64,000 nt of DNA from Hypanus sabinus (taxonomy: Eukaryota), in contig NC_082709.1 in NCBI RefSeq assembly GCF_030144855.1, forward strand, positions 111,786,001 through 111,850,000, in the 5' to 3' direction. The notes beneath the pieces were generated by a model. It did not search any database. It saw only the letters and a list, made by a program, of their open reading frames with translations, and was not told the origin of the DNA. This document shows, piece after piece, positions 16,110 to 29,073 of this stretch; the stretch's first letter is position 1; the number at the start of each line of letters is the position of its first letter. Made by a program: the position numbers and the translations under genes.

Positions 16110-17096
16110 GTACAGGTGGGAAAGGCTGGAGGCAGCATTCAGATTAGCCTGTGAGTGTAAACCGGTGATGCATTGTTGTGCGCACTGCTTTGCTGGTAGC
16201 TCTACTTTTCCATTGCATTGTAGAAGCAGTTCAGAAGATGCTCATAGGGGAGTTGCATTAGGTCTGTGCTTGATACGGTGTCGCAGAATGGAAACCATCA
16301 CAGCAGATTAGATGCAGAAAAGAGGACGACTCTGGAAGTTCAAAAGGGGCTCGCAGGGAAGAGCAGGTGGTATTGCAAAAGGTGATAGTCAAGTCTGTAT
16401 AAGGAGTTAGAGTAAGAGCTGGGATGCAAGTCAGGATGAAACTAAGGCAGAGGTATGGGAAAACAAGAGAGTGCAGACACGGGAAATCTGGAACCCGCAC
16501 ACCAAGAGCTGAAGAACCCAGCATGTCAGGCAGTATCCATGGAGGGAACTGGAGAGAACGATATTTAGTCCAGATGAAGGGTCTTGACTCAAAACAGTGA
16601 CCGTCCATTTTCCACTACAGATACTACCTGACCCACTGAGTTCCTCCAGTCCTCTGAGTGTTACATGGAGATAGAAAGCTGATCCACAAGCATCACCAGC
16701 ATCTGGAGATGAAGAGTTCTGTGAACACACACACACACACAGATCAAATTGGTTGAATTTCCAGTGATATACTGATATAGGTAGTGAATTGATTGTAATG
16801 TATCAGTAAAAGCTTGATTATACCACTTTATTATCTTTCCAGACAAAATATGTGTAACTGTTCATAAAAACAGAGCATCCCACATGGGGATGTCTGATAC
16901 ATTGTTGTATTGAGCAATAACATTTGGTGAGTTACAGGTTTGCAATAAAAGGTCTTCTGTTGGAGGCTCTGCACTGTCACCTCTCCTTGTAAAATACAAA
17001 AGAGCCTACAGATTCCATTATGGTGGTGAGGTCACCTTTATTTCTGACCAGTGATTTCCAAAGTTTTCTCTCGGATTCAAAGTTTTGAGAACTTAC

Positions 17097-17166
17097 ACAG
17101 AAAAGCAAGAAAGTGACTGGATTGATCCACAGTCCCCACCAAGGACATGTAAACAAATGGCCCTTC
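17097..17166 (-). CDS. EBPL: EBPL exon 2 (EGPFVYMSLVGTVDQSSHFLAFL)
   Basis: TTGCAG acceptor and GTAAGT donor; 70 nt; EGPFVY motif; phases join exons 1 and 3. Confidence 0.93.
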
Positions 17167-19375
17167 CTGCAAGGCAATACAAAAGCAAGGTCAATTGTTT
17201 GCCATGTGATTTTGAGATATTTCAATAATTTTACGTCACTCCGTTCTTCGCAAAAAGTCAATTGACAAGAGCCTTCAGACAGCATCTTCTACTAGTTCCC
17301 GGGGAATTAATGATCTGATGACTGCATCGATCGCCCAAGAGGATCGCAACTTATTTGTGATTTGGAGGCTTGCCTGCCTCAATGACCCAGAGAATTATGT
17401 CGGCTGGAGTCAGGGTTTATGATTTGGCTCTTTGTAGAGAGGTTCTGGGGTTCAGCTCAGGGCTAACAAACCCGACTGGCAAAACAAAATTGTTTCAGAA
17501 ACAGCAATGAAAAATCCTTCTATATCTGAGTGTGAGGATATTCCTGAGTTTCCACCAGGGACTTGCATGACCGACAGTAGTGAAAACAGAGTGAAATGAT
17601 GATGGTATTTTCCACTCCACACGGAAGGATATGGTCATTGTGTAAGCAGAGAGATTAGTTGGACTGTTGATTGATCTGGCACCACATCACGGGGCAAAGG
17701 GCCTGTACCTGTGATGTACTGCTCTATATATCAACTGTAATTAACACGTGCACTTTGGATAGCCCTCTTTAAATTATCTTAAGAATATCATTTCATATTT
17801 GTCATTAAAGGGTCACATTTTAGTGATCTTGTCAATTTCAGTCTATACAGGTAATTCCTTTTCAGTAAGTATGTGACTGGCTTTGCTTACTAACGTCCAA
17901 GTATGGCATTAGGGTTAGTGTACTGGCATGGACTGAAAACTGGTTGACAGACAGAAGACAAACAACAACAAACAGGGATAAGCAAGTGTTCTTATACAAG
18001 CAGGAACCCAGACACTCAGAGTATACACCAATGGACAAGGGAGTAATGGATGTATACATGTCCAACTTTTGAATTTAATACTATTACGGAGAGCTCTTTT
18101 GTACCTAGTGAGTGTCTGCAAGTTTGGTCTTTGGAATCAGGAGCTAGCCTGTTACAAATTTCCTGAGGAAATTAGAATGCTTGGGATTTAAAGTTATGAG
18201 GAGAATGTAAAAAGTCTTCACAAGTTAGATGAGAGGGCAGTCACCATACTCAAAGATCCCATTTATCCCGGACATCCTCTCTTCCTCCCTCTCCCGTTGG
18301 GCAGAAGATACAAAAGCACATATTACCAGGCTCAAGGACAGCTTCTATCCCGCGGTCATAGACTACTGAATGGTCACCTGATCTCACAATCTATCTTGTT
18401 ATAATCTGCCCGCACTTTCTCTTCAAGTTCCTTCTGCACTGTTAGTATTTGTCCTTGTACTACCTCAACGCACAGCCTGTAGGAGGGCACGGAAAACAAA
18501 GTTTTTGCACTGTACCTCGGTGCATAGGACAAATATAATCAATTGACCAATTTAGCCTTTTCTCTGAGGGCGAGCTGATTCCGGGATGGCCCCACAACGG
18601 TAACTTGGGCGCAGCAGGGTGGCCAGTGGCACAGTGTGATAGCAAGCCCTGCCACCCTGAGTGTGGCCCGGTTTTGGAACAGTCTGTGTCCAGCCCAGTC
18701 TTTATCCTTGGCACAAGAGGAGTGGGAATTAAAATGGTTGGCCACCGGGAATTGCCGCTTGTGGCGGATGGAGCAGAGGTCCTCAATGAAGCGACCCCCC
18801 CCCCCCCATTTTAAATCTATGAATTCTGGTCACATCTTTGCTGCCTTTTAACAGTACATGCATATCAAATTACTTCATTTGTTCCGAATTCGACTCAGGA
18901 TCGAAAAAAAATGCGGAGGGTTGTAGACCTAGACCTCCATCATGGCTCACCCCTTCAAGAAGGACGCCTTCAAAACGAAGCTGCAAAAGAAGGTGCCCAT
19001 CATTAAGGGCCCTCAGTACCCAGGGCATACCCTATCAGGAAGGAGGACAAGAACCTGAGGAAACACACTCAACATTATAGGAACAACTTCGTCCCCTCCA
19101 TCCGAACAGTCGGTGAATGCGTGAACAATGCTCACTATTCTACTCTTTTTGCAATACTTATTTATGATATATTTCTTATTGTAATTTTCCGTACTGCCGC
19201 TGCAAAACCGCACATTTCACGACACATTCCCAAGGCTACAAAACTACCTTCGTAACCGCGGGACTTTGTAATATGCCAGCTGCATAGGTGAAAAAAAATC
19301 AGTTTCTCCAGATTGTTTTCAACCCATCTTTCGCCGAGCAACCTGACAGGGAAGCTTAGCCATCTGACAACTCAC

Positions 19376-19555
19376 CAAGGTGAAGTGCACGATGCAGTCA
19401 TAGAAGAGCCAGGCCAGGAGCGCTCGGTCCAGCGGAGCACGCCGCCGGCCGAAGGACAGCGACAGACCGTAAGCCAGGGGCACCTGAGCGAAACACAGCA
19501 GCAGCGACCACACAGCCCCCCGGCTCAGCAGCAGCTCCCCCTCGCCCTCGCCCAT
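19376..19555 (-). CDS. EBPL: EBPL exon 1 (MGEGEGELL...WLFYDCIVHFTL)
   Basis: ATG at 19555, GTGAGT donor, WL.YD..VHF.L motif. The four exons total 630 nt = 209 aa + stop. Confidence 0.93.
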
Positions 19556-20014
19556 TCCTGCGCCTCACCACAAGACGCGGAACAGCTCGGACCTCGCAGC
19601 AAACGTTTGCATTCAGTCACCGTCTTTTCCTCCTCACAGGTTCTGTTCCTTCCTCCCGGGGAATCGGAAGTGAGCGTTGTTTATCGCGGCTATCAGCACA
19701 TCTTCTGAGGTTTTATAGCGGTTGCTTGAAGAGGTTCTCCCTGCCCTGTGCTCAATGCTCAGCCAATTACACAGTGCGGTTGCTCTCCGCCCTCTTCCCC
19801 GCGACACACGCCGCCATGTGGCGAGACACGCAATTGCAGCTGCCAGTGGTCTGGCCGCTCTCCCTTGGCCCCGGGACCCCGGCGCCTGCTGCCCTCTGCT
19901 GGCAGCCGCCGTTATCGCAGGGGCGAGTTGTCGCCGCCTGCTGGCAGCCGCCGGTAGCTCCGCTTGTGGAACATTCTCTCATTTCCTGGGTGGCGGGAGG
20001 AGCAGAGCAGCGCG
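19556..20014. promoter_or_regulatory. Bidirectional CpG-island promoter shared by EBPL (-) and KPNA3 (+)
   Basis: 459 bp between the divergent ATGs; ETS CGGAAGTG (~19666), CCAAT (~19763), YY1-like GCCGCCATGT (~19810), CTCF-like motifs at 19888-19905 and 19930-19947. Confidence 0.8.
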
Positions 20015-20083
20015 ATGGCCGACAGTAGCGCCGCCGAGAACCACCGCATCAAAAGCTTCAAGAACAAGGGCCGCGATGTCGAG
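20015..20083 (+). CDS. KPNA3: KPNA3 exon 1 (MADSSAAENHRIKSFKNKGRDVE)
   Basis: IBB-domain start ENHRIKSFKNKGRDVE typical of KPNA3; GTGAG donor; 69 nt. Confidence 0.95.
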
Positions 20084-20559
20084 GTGAGCAGTCCCGGGCC
20101 GGGATGAAACCGGGACCCGCGGCCCGCGGAGTTGGGTGGGCCGGCGAGGCCTGAGGCCTGCGGCCTGCAGTGGGCTGGGCGCTGCCGCTGGCCGCAGCGA
20201 TCCAGGGAATGTTGTCGGCGGCGCCGGGCAAGCCGAAGCACATGAGCCCGACAGCTCCCGGGATGACCGCTTTCAGTGCGGCTATCCGCAGCCGGAGACG
20301 CACCCGGCTGTAGGCCCCGTCCCTGCCCGGGACGAACGACGCTCCTGGAGCGGGGACTACGGCCGCTCCAGGTCCCGGGCGAGGTGAGGGTGCGAGTCAC
20401 AAACACCAGACACCCCGTGGCCGCTGCACACCCCATCGTCACTCCACGCACACCCCACCCCTCCACGTTCAGCCCTCCCTACTCACTCACCACCTCCTCA
20501 TCTACTTCCACTCCCTCACCATACCCCAGCACCCACCCGGCTCCCCCAACACTCACCAC

Positions 20560-21000
20560 GACACCCACCCTACACCCCGCTCCGCCTCTCTCCCCCGACA
20601 CCCACCCCGCTCCCCCTCACCCCGACACCCACCTTACCCCCCTCAACCCGGCACCCACCCCGTTTCCCCCCCTCAACCCGGCACCCACCCGTTTCCCCCC
20701 CTCAACCCGGCACCCACCCGTTTTCCCCCCTCAACCCGGCACACACCCTGTTTTCCCCCCCTCAACCCGGCACACACCCCGTTTTCCCCCCTCAACCCGG
20801 CACCCACCCCGTTTCCCCCTCTCCCCTGGGCACCCCCTCTCCCTGTCCCCGACACCCACTTCCACCTCTCCGTCCTGTCACCCACTTCCACCTCTCCCCC
20901 TCCCCTGACACCCACCTCCACCTCCCCCTGCCCCCGACACCCACTCCCCCCCAACACCCACCTCCCCCTCTTCCCCGACACCCAGTTCGCACCGCTCCAC
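20560..21000. repeat. C-rich minisatellite (about six 29-31-bp copies of CCCCCTCAACCCGGCACCCACCCGTTT at ~20637-20820, with degenerate flanks)
   Basis: Directly visible tandem periodicity. Confidence 0.85.
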
Positions 21001-22854
21001 CTCTGCCCCCAGTTCACCATGCCACTCTTGCAGAGGCTCCCATTGCCCTACCCTCCCCCTTCCCCAATCCCTTGCTCCCCTCCCTGAACCCCTCAACCTC
21101 CCCTTTGCTCCTTCGTCAGCCGCTTCCTATCTCCATCCTGCATTTCCACCCAAAGTGGCCATCATCCCAGAAACTCCCATTCTTCCCCCTCCTGCGCCGT
21201 GCATCACAGCCAGCAATCACTAAAGGCCCCAATCCTTGGACCCCTGCCACTGTCTGCCCCTCAGTCCCTGCTGTTCCTCCTCCGTCCCCATCCCTGCCCA
21301 TCACCCCATGAACCCCCATCTTTCTCTACCCCTTCACCCATCATACTGATGTCTCGTTTCCCCGTTACTAATTCCCCCATCCCATTCGAACCCTGCACCG
21401 CTCCCCATCACAGACCCACTAATTGCAGGTATCCTTAGCTGCTGATCATGCCTCCTACCTGTATCTTCATCCCCCATAACACATTCCCTTTCTCTCCTCC
21501 TCATCTCCTCTCTTCCGGACACCATTCCCCTGTCCTCCCTCTCCCACCCCCACAGTTGCTTTGTGCACCTGTTCTCTTGCCCTTTCCCCTTCTACGGGTC
21601 CGCAAACACACTCTACCATTGCTCTTCTGTGCAGCTATATGTCTGACCTCAGCGTAAGAAGCGGGTGAGAAATAAACTGAGGGATGCTGCGGAAAAATAG
21701 GATCATTTCTGCTGCATTATGTGGTTTCTTGCAATCCGTAGTCCCCTGTCCAGGAGACAGTATTCTATACCATGTTTGGATTGTAAAATATTTTCTGTAT
21801 GTGCTAGTAATGGAATTGAAATTTGTTGCTCAAAGCTTTTGTTGTGTTAGCTTAATGTTGAATTAAGTGTAGAGTGCAGTTTCCACCTGTGACACGATAA
21901 GATATTAGGGAGCGTGGAAACTCTTCACACAAAATAACGAGGTCAGGTTGCCTGATTAAGCTGACCTCACCAGCTCAACAATGAACTATTTTCTCATTTT
22001 GTTAGTACTCTATATGAACTGAATGTTTATTCTGAATACAATTACAGTACACACAGTACTGACTGACTGTTAGGCCACTGGCGATTAGGGCAGAAGTGAA
22101 GGTCCTCCATCACTTTGACCAGTCAAGGTTGTTAACCCTGAGCTGAAATTGGTGGACCAGTGGTCTATTCTTAGTCTGGCCTCTACCCTTTGACCTATTT
22201 GGTATGGGTGACCCTACCTAGAGCTGAAGCACAAGGCCCTGACTGCAGCCAACATAGCTCTCTGGGTCATTGAGTTACACAAGCCTCCAAACCACAACAA
22301 GGTTGTGGTCCTCTTAGAGGAATTACAGTTCATACTTTATTCTTAATTCTGTAAGAGGTCAGATTTATCATGGCTATCATTGTAGTATATGCCTCAATAA
22401 ACTTGTGATTCAGCCTCCTCATTCCACTACTCCCCCTCGTAACTCTCTCCACCTTATCTCCCCACTTATCCCTAAAGACGCAAGCAAAAGAAACTTAATT
22501 AAAAAGTTGCTCACTATGTGCTTCTGGCCTGGCTCCAGCATGCGGACTGCTTTCTGGTCTATGTTTTCCTAACCAGACAAGAGCGTGTTTGCTTTGCAGA
22601 GTTCAGGAGACAAATCTTGCTTGGTAGAGCAATCCCACCTACATGACGGGGATAAAGACAAGTATAGAGCAGAAAATGATTCCCACTGGAGGGTGGGTTC
22701 CGAGCAGGAGGGTACAAGCTCACAAGTGGTTGAGAGAATTTACAGGAAGCATTTAACACAGAATAAAGTGGAAGTTTGAAACTCATCATTCCAAAAAATA
22801 CTTGTTAACTTGGAAGTTTTATAATTGTTTTTTATTAAAGGTTGTGGAATGGTT

Positions 22855-23175
22855 GGCGCAGTGGCACAGCCAGTAAAGCTGCTACTTCTTGGCTCTATTG
22901 ACCCTAATTCAGTCTTTACTCTCAATGTGAAGTTTGTGTATTGTCCTATTGAGCACATGGGTTCCCGCCCCGCCCCCTGTGTCTGGTTTCCTTCAATATC
23001 CTGAAGATGTGCGTTTGGTTGGTTAATTAATTAGCCATTAAATTGGCTCCTAGTGTGTAGGTAAGTGGATCTGGGAAAGGTGAGGGGAATGTAGGAAGAA
23101 TTAAAATGGGATTACTGTAGGATTAGTGCCAATGATCAGCATGTTCTCGATGGGTAGAAAGGCCTCTGTCCATGT
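22855..23175 (+). mobile_element. tRNA-derived HE1/V-SINE-like SINE (related copies at ~28200-28410 and ~34615-34905)
   Basis: tRNA-like head and a conserved central box (...TGGGTT..C...GGTTTCCTCCC...) shared by three copies. Confidence 0.55.
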
Positions 23176-23361
23176 AGGTTAATATTAGTCTAAATGGTAG
23201 AACTGTGTACGTGTATTTCAACATGGGCAATATTTAACAGCCTGATATTAAATTGACTTGTTAGAAGTACCACTGAACATTCACTACTTTATAGCATGTT
23301 AACACCACAGAAATTTGTTGAGAAAGTTGATTAATTCTGGGTGATTGTTATTCTGTTACAG

Positions 23362-23406
23362 ACGATGAGAAGGCACCGAAATGAAGTTACCGTGGAACTA
23401 AGAAAG
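23362..23406 (+). CDS. KPNA3: KPNA3 exon 2 (TMRRHRNEVTVELRK)
   Basis: Matches the recalled KPNA3 IBB peptide; AG/GT boundaries; 45 nt. Confidence 0.95.
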
Positions 23407-24199
23407 GTAATAGCATTTTAATGGAGCTTTGTAATTTGTTCTTTTAATATGTAACCAGCTGACACAAATTACTTGTTGGGTGATGTACTTCTAATGATGC
23501 GGATTGTGGAGCCTCTAGTCTGTCCTGTTGCCACGTTGATTTGACAACGTATTTTGCCACATGTCAGCTCTCCAAGAACTTTGACAGAGCTAATCAGTTA
23601 ATTCCAGTCCATGGATTTTACTTACCTTTGTTACATTATTATCGTATATACAACTATATTTTGGAAGTTCGTACGTCCATAAGTTATCGACTTGTTGCAT
23701 TGATAATTTAACTTTTTAAAGTTGGTTTTCCTCTTGGCTGCCTGGTGATGGAAAGTTTTGCAAATATTCTAGAAATGTTTTAACTCCAATGTCACTAGTA
23801 AGAGGGAACTAGTGAACCCCTTACGTAAGATGTCTCCATTGTAAGTGTTGCACTGGTGCATGGAAATGTTTGGATCTGAAAAGCATCATGGAGATAACTA
23901 AATTAGATATTGACCTAACTGGCCAGCATACATTTTAATATCTAAGGCAGTAACGTCATTGCTTCGAGGTAAGATTTCAGATTGGTAAGATTCCATTGTT
24001 TTGAGGTTGGCGGTTTTGTGAACAGTCATCACCAGTAGCTAAGATTTTCGAGGATCCCTACGGTGCTGAATTATCGGAGTTTTACCATATTCATTTTTAG
24101 CATTTAAGCTTTGCTGGTTTGGTAATTGCAGGTAATGATGGCGGGTCACCTACTTGAACTGCTGTAGATACACTCACATTACTGTTTGGCATGGACCTT

Positions 24200-25275
24200 C
24201 AGGATTTAATCAGCATGGTTTCAAGAGAAAATTTTGCCTGACAAATCTGTTGGAATTCTTTGAAGAAGTAACAAGCAGGCTAGACAAAGAGTTGGTTGAT
24301 GTTGTGTACTTGGATTTTCAGAAGGCCTTTGACAAGGTACCACACATGAAGCTGCTTAACATGTTAAAAGCAGATGTCCCTCCACCTATCTTTGCGAACT
24401 TTGCAACGAACTCAAATAGGCAGGAGGCAAAGAGGTTGCCAATGACTAGTGGTCTTGTGTTTGGACTGCTTTTTACGCTAAATGTCAGTAATTTGGATAA
24501 TGGAATTGATGGCTTTGTTGCAAAGTTTGCGGGTGAGACTGATATATAGGTGGAGGGACAGGTAGTTTTGAGAAAGTGAAGCTACAGATGGACTTAAACA
24601 GATTAGGGGAATGGGAAAAGTGGCAGGTGGAATACAGTGTCAGGAAATATATGGTCATGCACTTTGGTAGAAGAAATAAAAATGTAGAGTTTTCTGAATG
24701 GAGAGAAAATTCAAAAATCTGAGATGCAAAGGGACTTGGGAGTCCTTGTGCAGGATTCCTTAAATGCAAGATGTAACGTTGAGGTTTTTTGTAGCACTGG
24801 TGAGGACTCACTTGGAATATTGCAAACAGTTTTGGGCCCTACTTCGGAAGGATGTGCTGAAACTAGAGAGGGTTCAAAGGAGGTTCACGGAAATGAAGAA
24901 CATTTGACGGCTCTGGGCCTGAATTCAGTAGAATGCTGAAGAATGAGGGTGAAATCTCATTGAAACCACTCGAATGGTGAAAGGCCTCAATAAAGTGGAA
25001 GTGAAGAGGATGTTTCCTATCGTGGGAGCGTGTAGGATCAGAGGACACAGCCTCAGAATAGAGCAACGTCCTTTTAGTGGTGAATCTGTGGAATTTTTTG
25101 CCACAGGCAGTTGTGGAGGTCAAGACTTTGTGTATATTTAAGTTAGAGGTTGATAAATCTGTGATTGGTCAGGGCACGAAGGGATACAGGGAGAAGGCAG
25201 AAGACTGGGGCTGATGAAATGGCAGAAGACTTAATTAGCCAAATAACCTTATTCTGTCCCTGTGTCTTTTGGTCT
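24200..25275 (+). mobile_element. CR1-like LINE fragment
   Basis: QHGF...CLTNLLEFFEEVT...VDVVYLDFQKAFDKVPH RT motif. Confidence 0.85.
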
Positions 25276-25933
25276 TGCATCCAATGGTGATGAAAGATGG
25301 GTGATGTACTGTATTTTGAAATCAACATAGCATGTCCCGTGTGTCAGTGGTGGAGGGAATGAATGTTTAAGGTAGCTTATGGGGTGCCAGTCAGCTTCTT
25401 TGTCCAGGGTGATATTGAGCTTCTTGTGAGTTATTGGCATTGCATACCTCCAGGCAAGTGGAAAGTATTCTGTCGTACTCCTGGTTTGTGTCCTGTGGAA
25501 GCCTTGGGTAGAAATTCATTTGCTTCTGATCTGCTCTTGTAGGCATAAGGTATTTATATGGCTGTCCCAGTCGAATTTGTGGTCACACCCCTGCCCGAAT
25601 AACAATAGTGATGGTGGTGGGGTGGACTTTAGTAATGGTGATGCCATTAAATGTCAAGTGTAGGTGATTAGACTTTTTTCTTGTTGAAGATGATCAATGC
25701 CTTACCCTTTTGAGGTGTGAATGTTACTTACCCAGCCCGACTGTTTTGCTGTGTGCAGGCACCAGCAGATTCATTAGCTGAGGAATGATGTTGGATTTGA
25801 ACTGAACAGTCATCAGTGATGAACTAGTGATCTTATGCTAGAGGCTGCTGAATACGTTTAGAAAATAGTCTACACTTTTATTTCTTCTACCAAAATGCAT
25901 GCTTCAATGAGTTTCTGTAGTGATGCTCCAGGG

Positions 25934-26013
25934 CAGGGGTTCCAAACATTTCTTATTTCATGGGCCCCAACCATTAGCCAAGGGGACCGTTGACCCCAGG
26001 TTGCGAACCCCTA
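25934..26013. mobile_element. Small hAT-type MITE
   Basis: CAGGGGTT...AACCCCT termini; degenerate 8-bp TSD resembling NTCTAGAN. Confidence 0.5.
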
Positions 26014-27769
26014 TTCTAGAGAGATGATAGACTCCAACCACAGCCATCTTCCTTTGTGTGATCTATGACTCCTGCCATTTGAGTGTTTTCCTTTCAATAC
26101 TCATTAATATCTGTTTTACCAGGCACCTTGGTGCCACACTTGGTCAACTGCTGCCTTGATCTCAAGGACAAGTCATCCACATCTCTAGAATTCAACTCTT
26201 GGGTCCAAAACTGATGTGATCTGAGCTGAGTGGAGTCTTTGAGAAGGTCCAGAGGAGGTTCATGAGAATGATTATGGGAATGAAAGGGTTAATGCATGTG
26301 TGTTTGATAGCTCTGGGCCTGTACTTGCTGGAGTTTAGATATTGAAAAGCCGAGAGAGAGAGAGGATGTGGGGAGGATGTTTCTTATAGTGAGTGGGTCG
26401 AGGACCAGAAGGCACAGCCTCAGAATAGAGGGACATCCATTTAGAACAGAGATGAGAAGGAATTTCTGTTGCCAGAGGGTGGTGGATCTGTGGATTTCAT
26501 TGCTATGGATGGCTGTAGAAGCCAAGTTATTGAGTATATTTAAAGCTGAGGTCGATTGGTTCTTTGATTAGTCAAGGTGTCAAAGGTTACGGGGTGAAGG
26601 CAGGAAGATGGGATAAATCAGCCATGATGGAATGGTAGAGCAATTCTGCTCCTATGCCTTATGGTGCCTTATGGTGAAATCCAAGTTATACTTTAGTGAT
26701 AGGTTATTGGTGAATAAGTGTCTCTTGGTAGTCCTGTCAACTGAGACTTCCATCATGTTGCTGACGGTTGAGAATAGGCTGCTTATTTAGCAATAACACC
26801 TGTAAATGTCGATGGTGTATGTGATTTTTTGTTGGTAGCAAGCCAACAAGTGGTGTAATAAGTCCTTTAACAGATCTAGTAGCTTATTTGTCTGCATGAA
26901 GCTTTAACAGATTATATGTGAGTTTTTTCCCCATCTTTCTACTCCTGATTGGATACCTGCGTCATTTTGAGTTGACTTTTGGAGTCTCAGCATGTGAATT
27001 TGGTTTAATGCAGTGTTTTTAGCCTTCAAACCTTCATCCATAGTTGCATTACTTCTAGATTTGACTATTCCAATGTTGTTCTGATTTGTCTTTATCTTTT
27101 AAATCATGATAAACTTCAGATGCCTCAGCATTCTGCTGTCTGTCTTCCAACTCACACACTTCACCTTTGTCTCACGGATTTATACTGAATTATGTTAAAC
27201 CATGGCTTAATTTCAACCATTTGTTTCTAGATGCTTTCATATCTTTGTGTCTTTCTGACTGGTTAATGTAAAAATATTTTCCATGTACAGTTGTCTTATA
27301 AAAAATACATGGTTATTAAATAAGATATGCTATTTGTCATGCACAATTTGCATTAATTAGCCTGCAGATTATAGTCACACACATTTAAACTCAAATTCTG
27401 ATATGTGAGTACATTGTTGATACGGTTTTCTGGAGATGCCAATGTGACAGTGTAGTAATCGCCCTTTCATTGCGCATCTGCATCTAAAACGGATTTACAC
27501 TCAACTGAAGAGCAAGTTCGACAGGGTGAGGACTGACATGTTTCCCAAAAATGATGTTGGCTCAGTACTTGGATACGATAAAATGAAGTTTAAGTGACTA
27601 TTTTAATAACCTATTGGATGAGGATGTACTGGCCTGTAGTTGGCCAGTGGTTACAGTTTTGGAGTCCAGATCACAGTATTTCTGTTAGAATCAGATTAGA
27701 GATGAGGATGCTTGACTCTTGGCTGTTTCTGGGCCAGTTTTATGATGCTATTTTGCAGATTTTTTAATT

Positions 27770-28135
27770 ATCAAAATATACTTTATTCACAAAATTATTT
27801 ACAATAAACTGTTTAATAACTAAATTATTTACAGACATTACTATTACCTTCTATACATTTAAAAAAAACTTCATCCACTCTCGTGACACTCTGCTGGTTC
27901 ATATTGTACAATACAACCATAGTTGAGGGGTATACTCCCTGCCACCCAATCCATCCCACTCCTGCAGGAGAAGAAACCTAAACTGTGGTCCTTCTGCACC
28001 GGGCCCTTGTACCAAGTTCCAATGCATCCCTTACTTAGCATGTACTCCTGCAGCCGAGAATGTGCCAGTCGGTAGCATTCCCCCATTGACATTTGATGAG
28101 CTGGTAGTACTATTTTGCAGATAAACTTAACTTCT
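27770..28135 (-). mobile_element. Tx1-like LINE 3' end
   Basis: ECYRLAHSRLQEYML C-terminal motif followed by AATAAA and an A-rich tail on the minus strand. Confidence 0.55.
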
Positions 28136-29073
28136 GGCTCAATAAAAAGATTTATACTCTTTCTCCAATGATGGGATGGCACTAGACTTTACAGAACCAA
28201 TGACCTGGGTTCAATTCCTGCCACTGCCTGTGAGAAATTTGTATGTTCTCCCCGTGTGCATGTGTGTTTTCTCTAGGTGCTCTGGTTTCCTCCCCTAGTC
28301 CAAACATTTACTAGTTGGTAGGTTAATTAGTCACTGTATTGTCCTGAGATTAGGCTAGGATTGCTGGATAGCATGGGTCGAAGTGCCTAAAGGGCTTATT
28401 CAATAAATAAGCTAATCAGAAGCATTGTTCCACCCACTGTTGTGCAGTAGCAAAGGAAGTGATTAGTTTGTTAGAACCCTAGGGCCTTTGGTAAAGCGCT
28501 GAATAGACAGATGAAAGAATTAAAGATTGGAAATGTTTATCTATGAGGCTCATTGACATGAAGAACTTTGAATGACAAGTGTCTGGTAGCGGAGTTTTTG
28601 AGGAGATTTAAACAGTTAATTTACTAAGTTTATTGATCAAGGTTTCTTTTTTATTGTGTATTAACTGGAAGCTTGTCCCCTGAAACCTTTTTGACTTGCT
28701 CTCTCTGCAGAATTTACCATAACCACAACCTGTGCAGAGGGTTCTGAAGTGACAGCAAGAAAGTACCTGCTGAATGGTAGCAACTAGATCTGAGTGCTTT
28801 TGGCAATTGAAGTGTGGCTCCTGGTATCTGTTTACAAGACTGTTAAATTTAGCTGACAGTAATTATCATGTCTTCAGCTTCTGCATCCTGCAAGGTGCTC
28901 AGTAGGGGATGGGGGTTGAACAGCATTCACACAGCACATCCTGTCTCCTCAAATTGCATCTGTGGCAGACTTACAGACTGATCTGCAGACTGATTCATGA
29001 TATTTGTGCGAGAATGCTATGGTTAACAGTCTAAGTAAGTGTTTTGGTGACCCAAGGTGCTGGGTAGAGATTA

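Noticed and set aside
20276-20908. 210-aa proline-rich ORF
   Set aside because: It is a translation of the GC-rich intron start and the minisatellite; low complexity and no gene structure.
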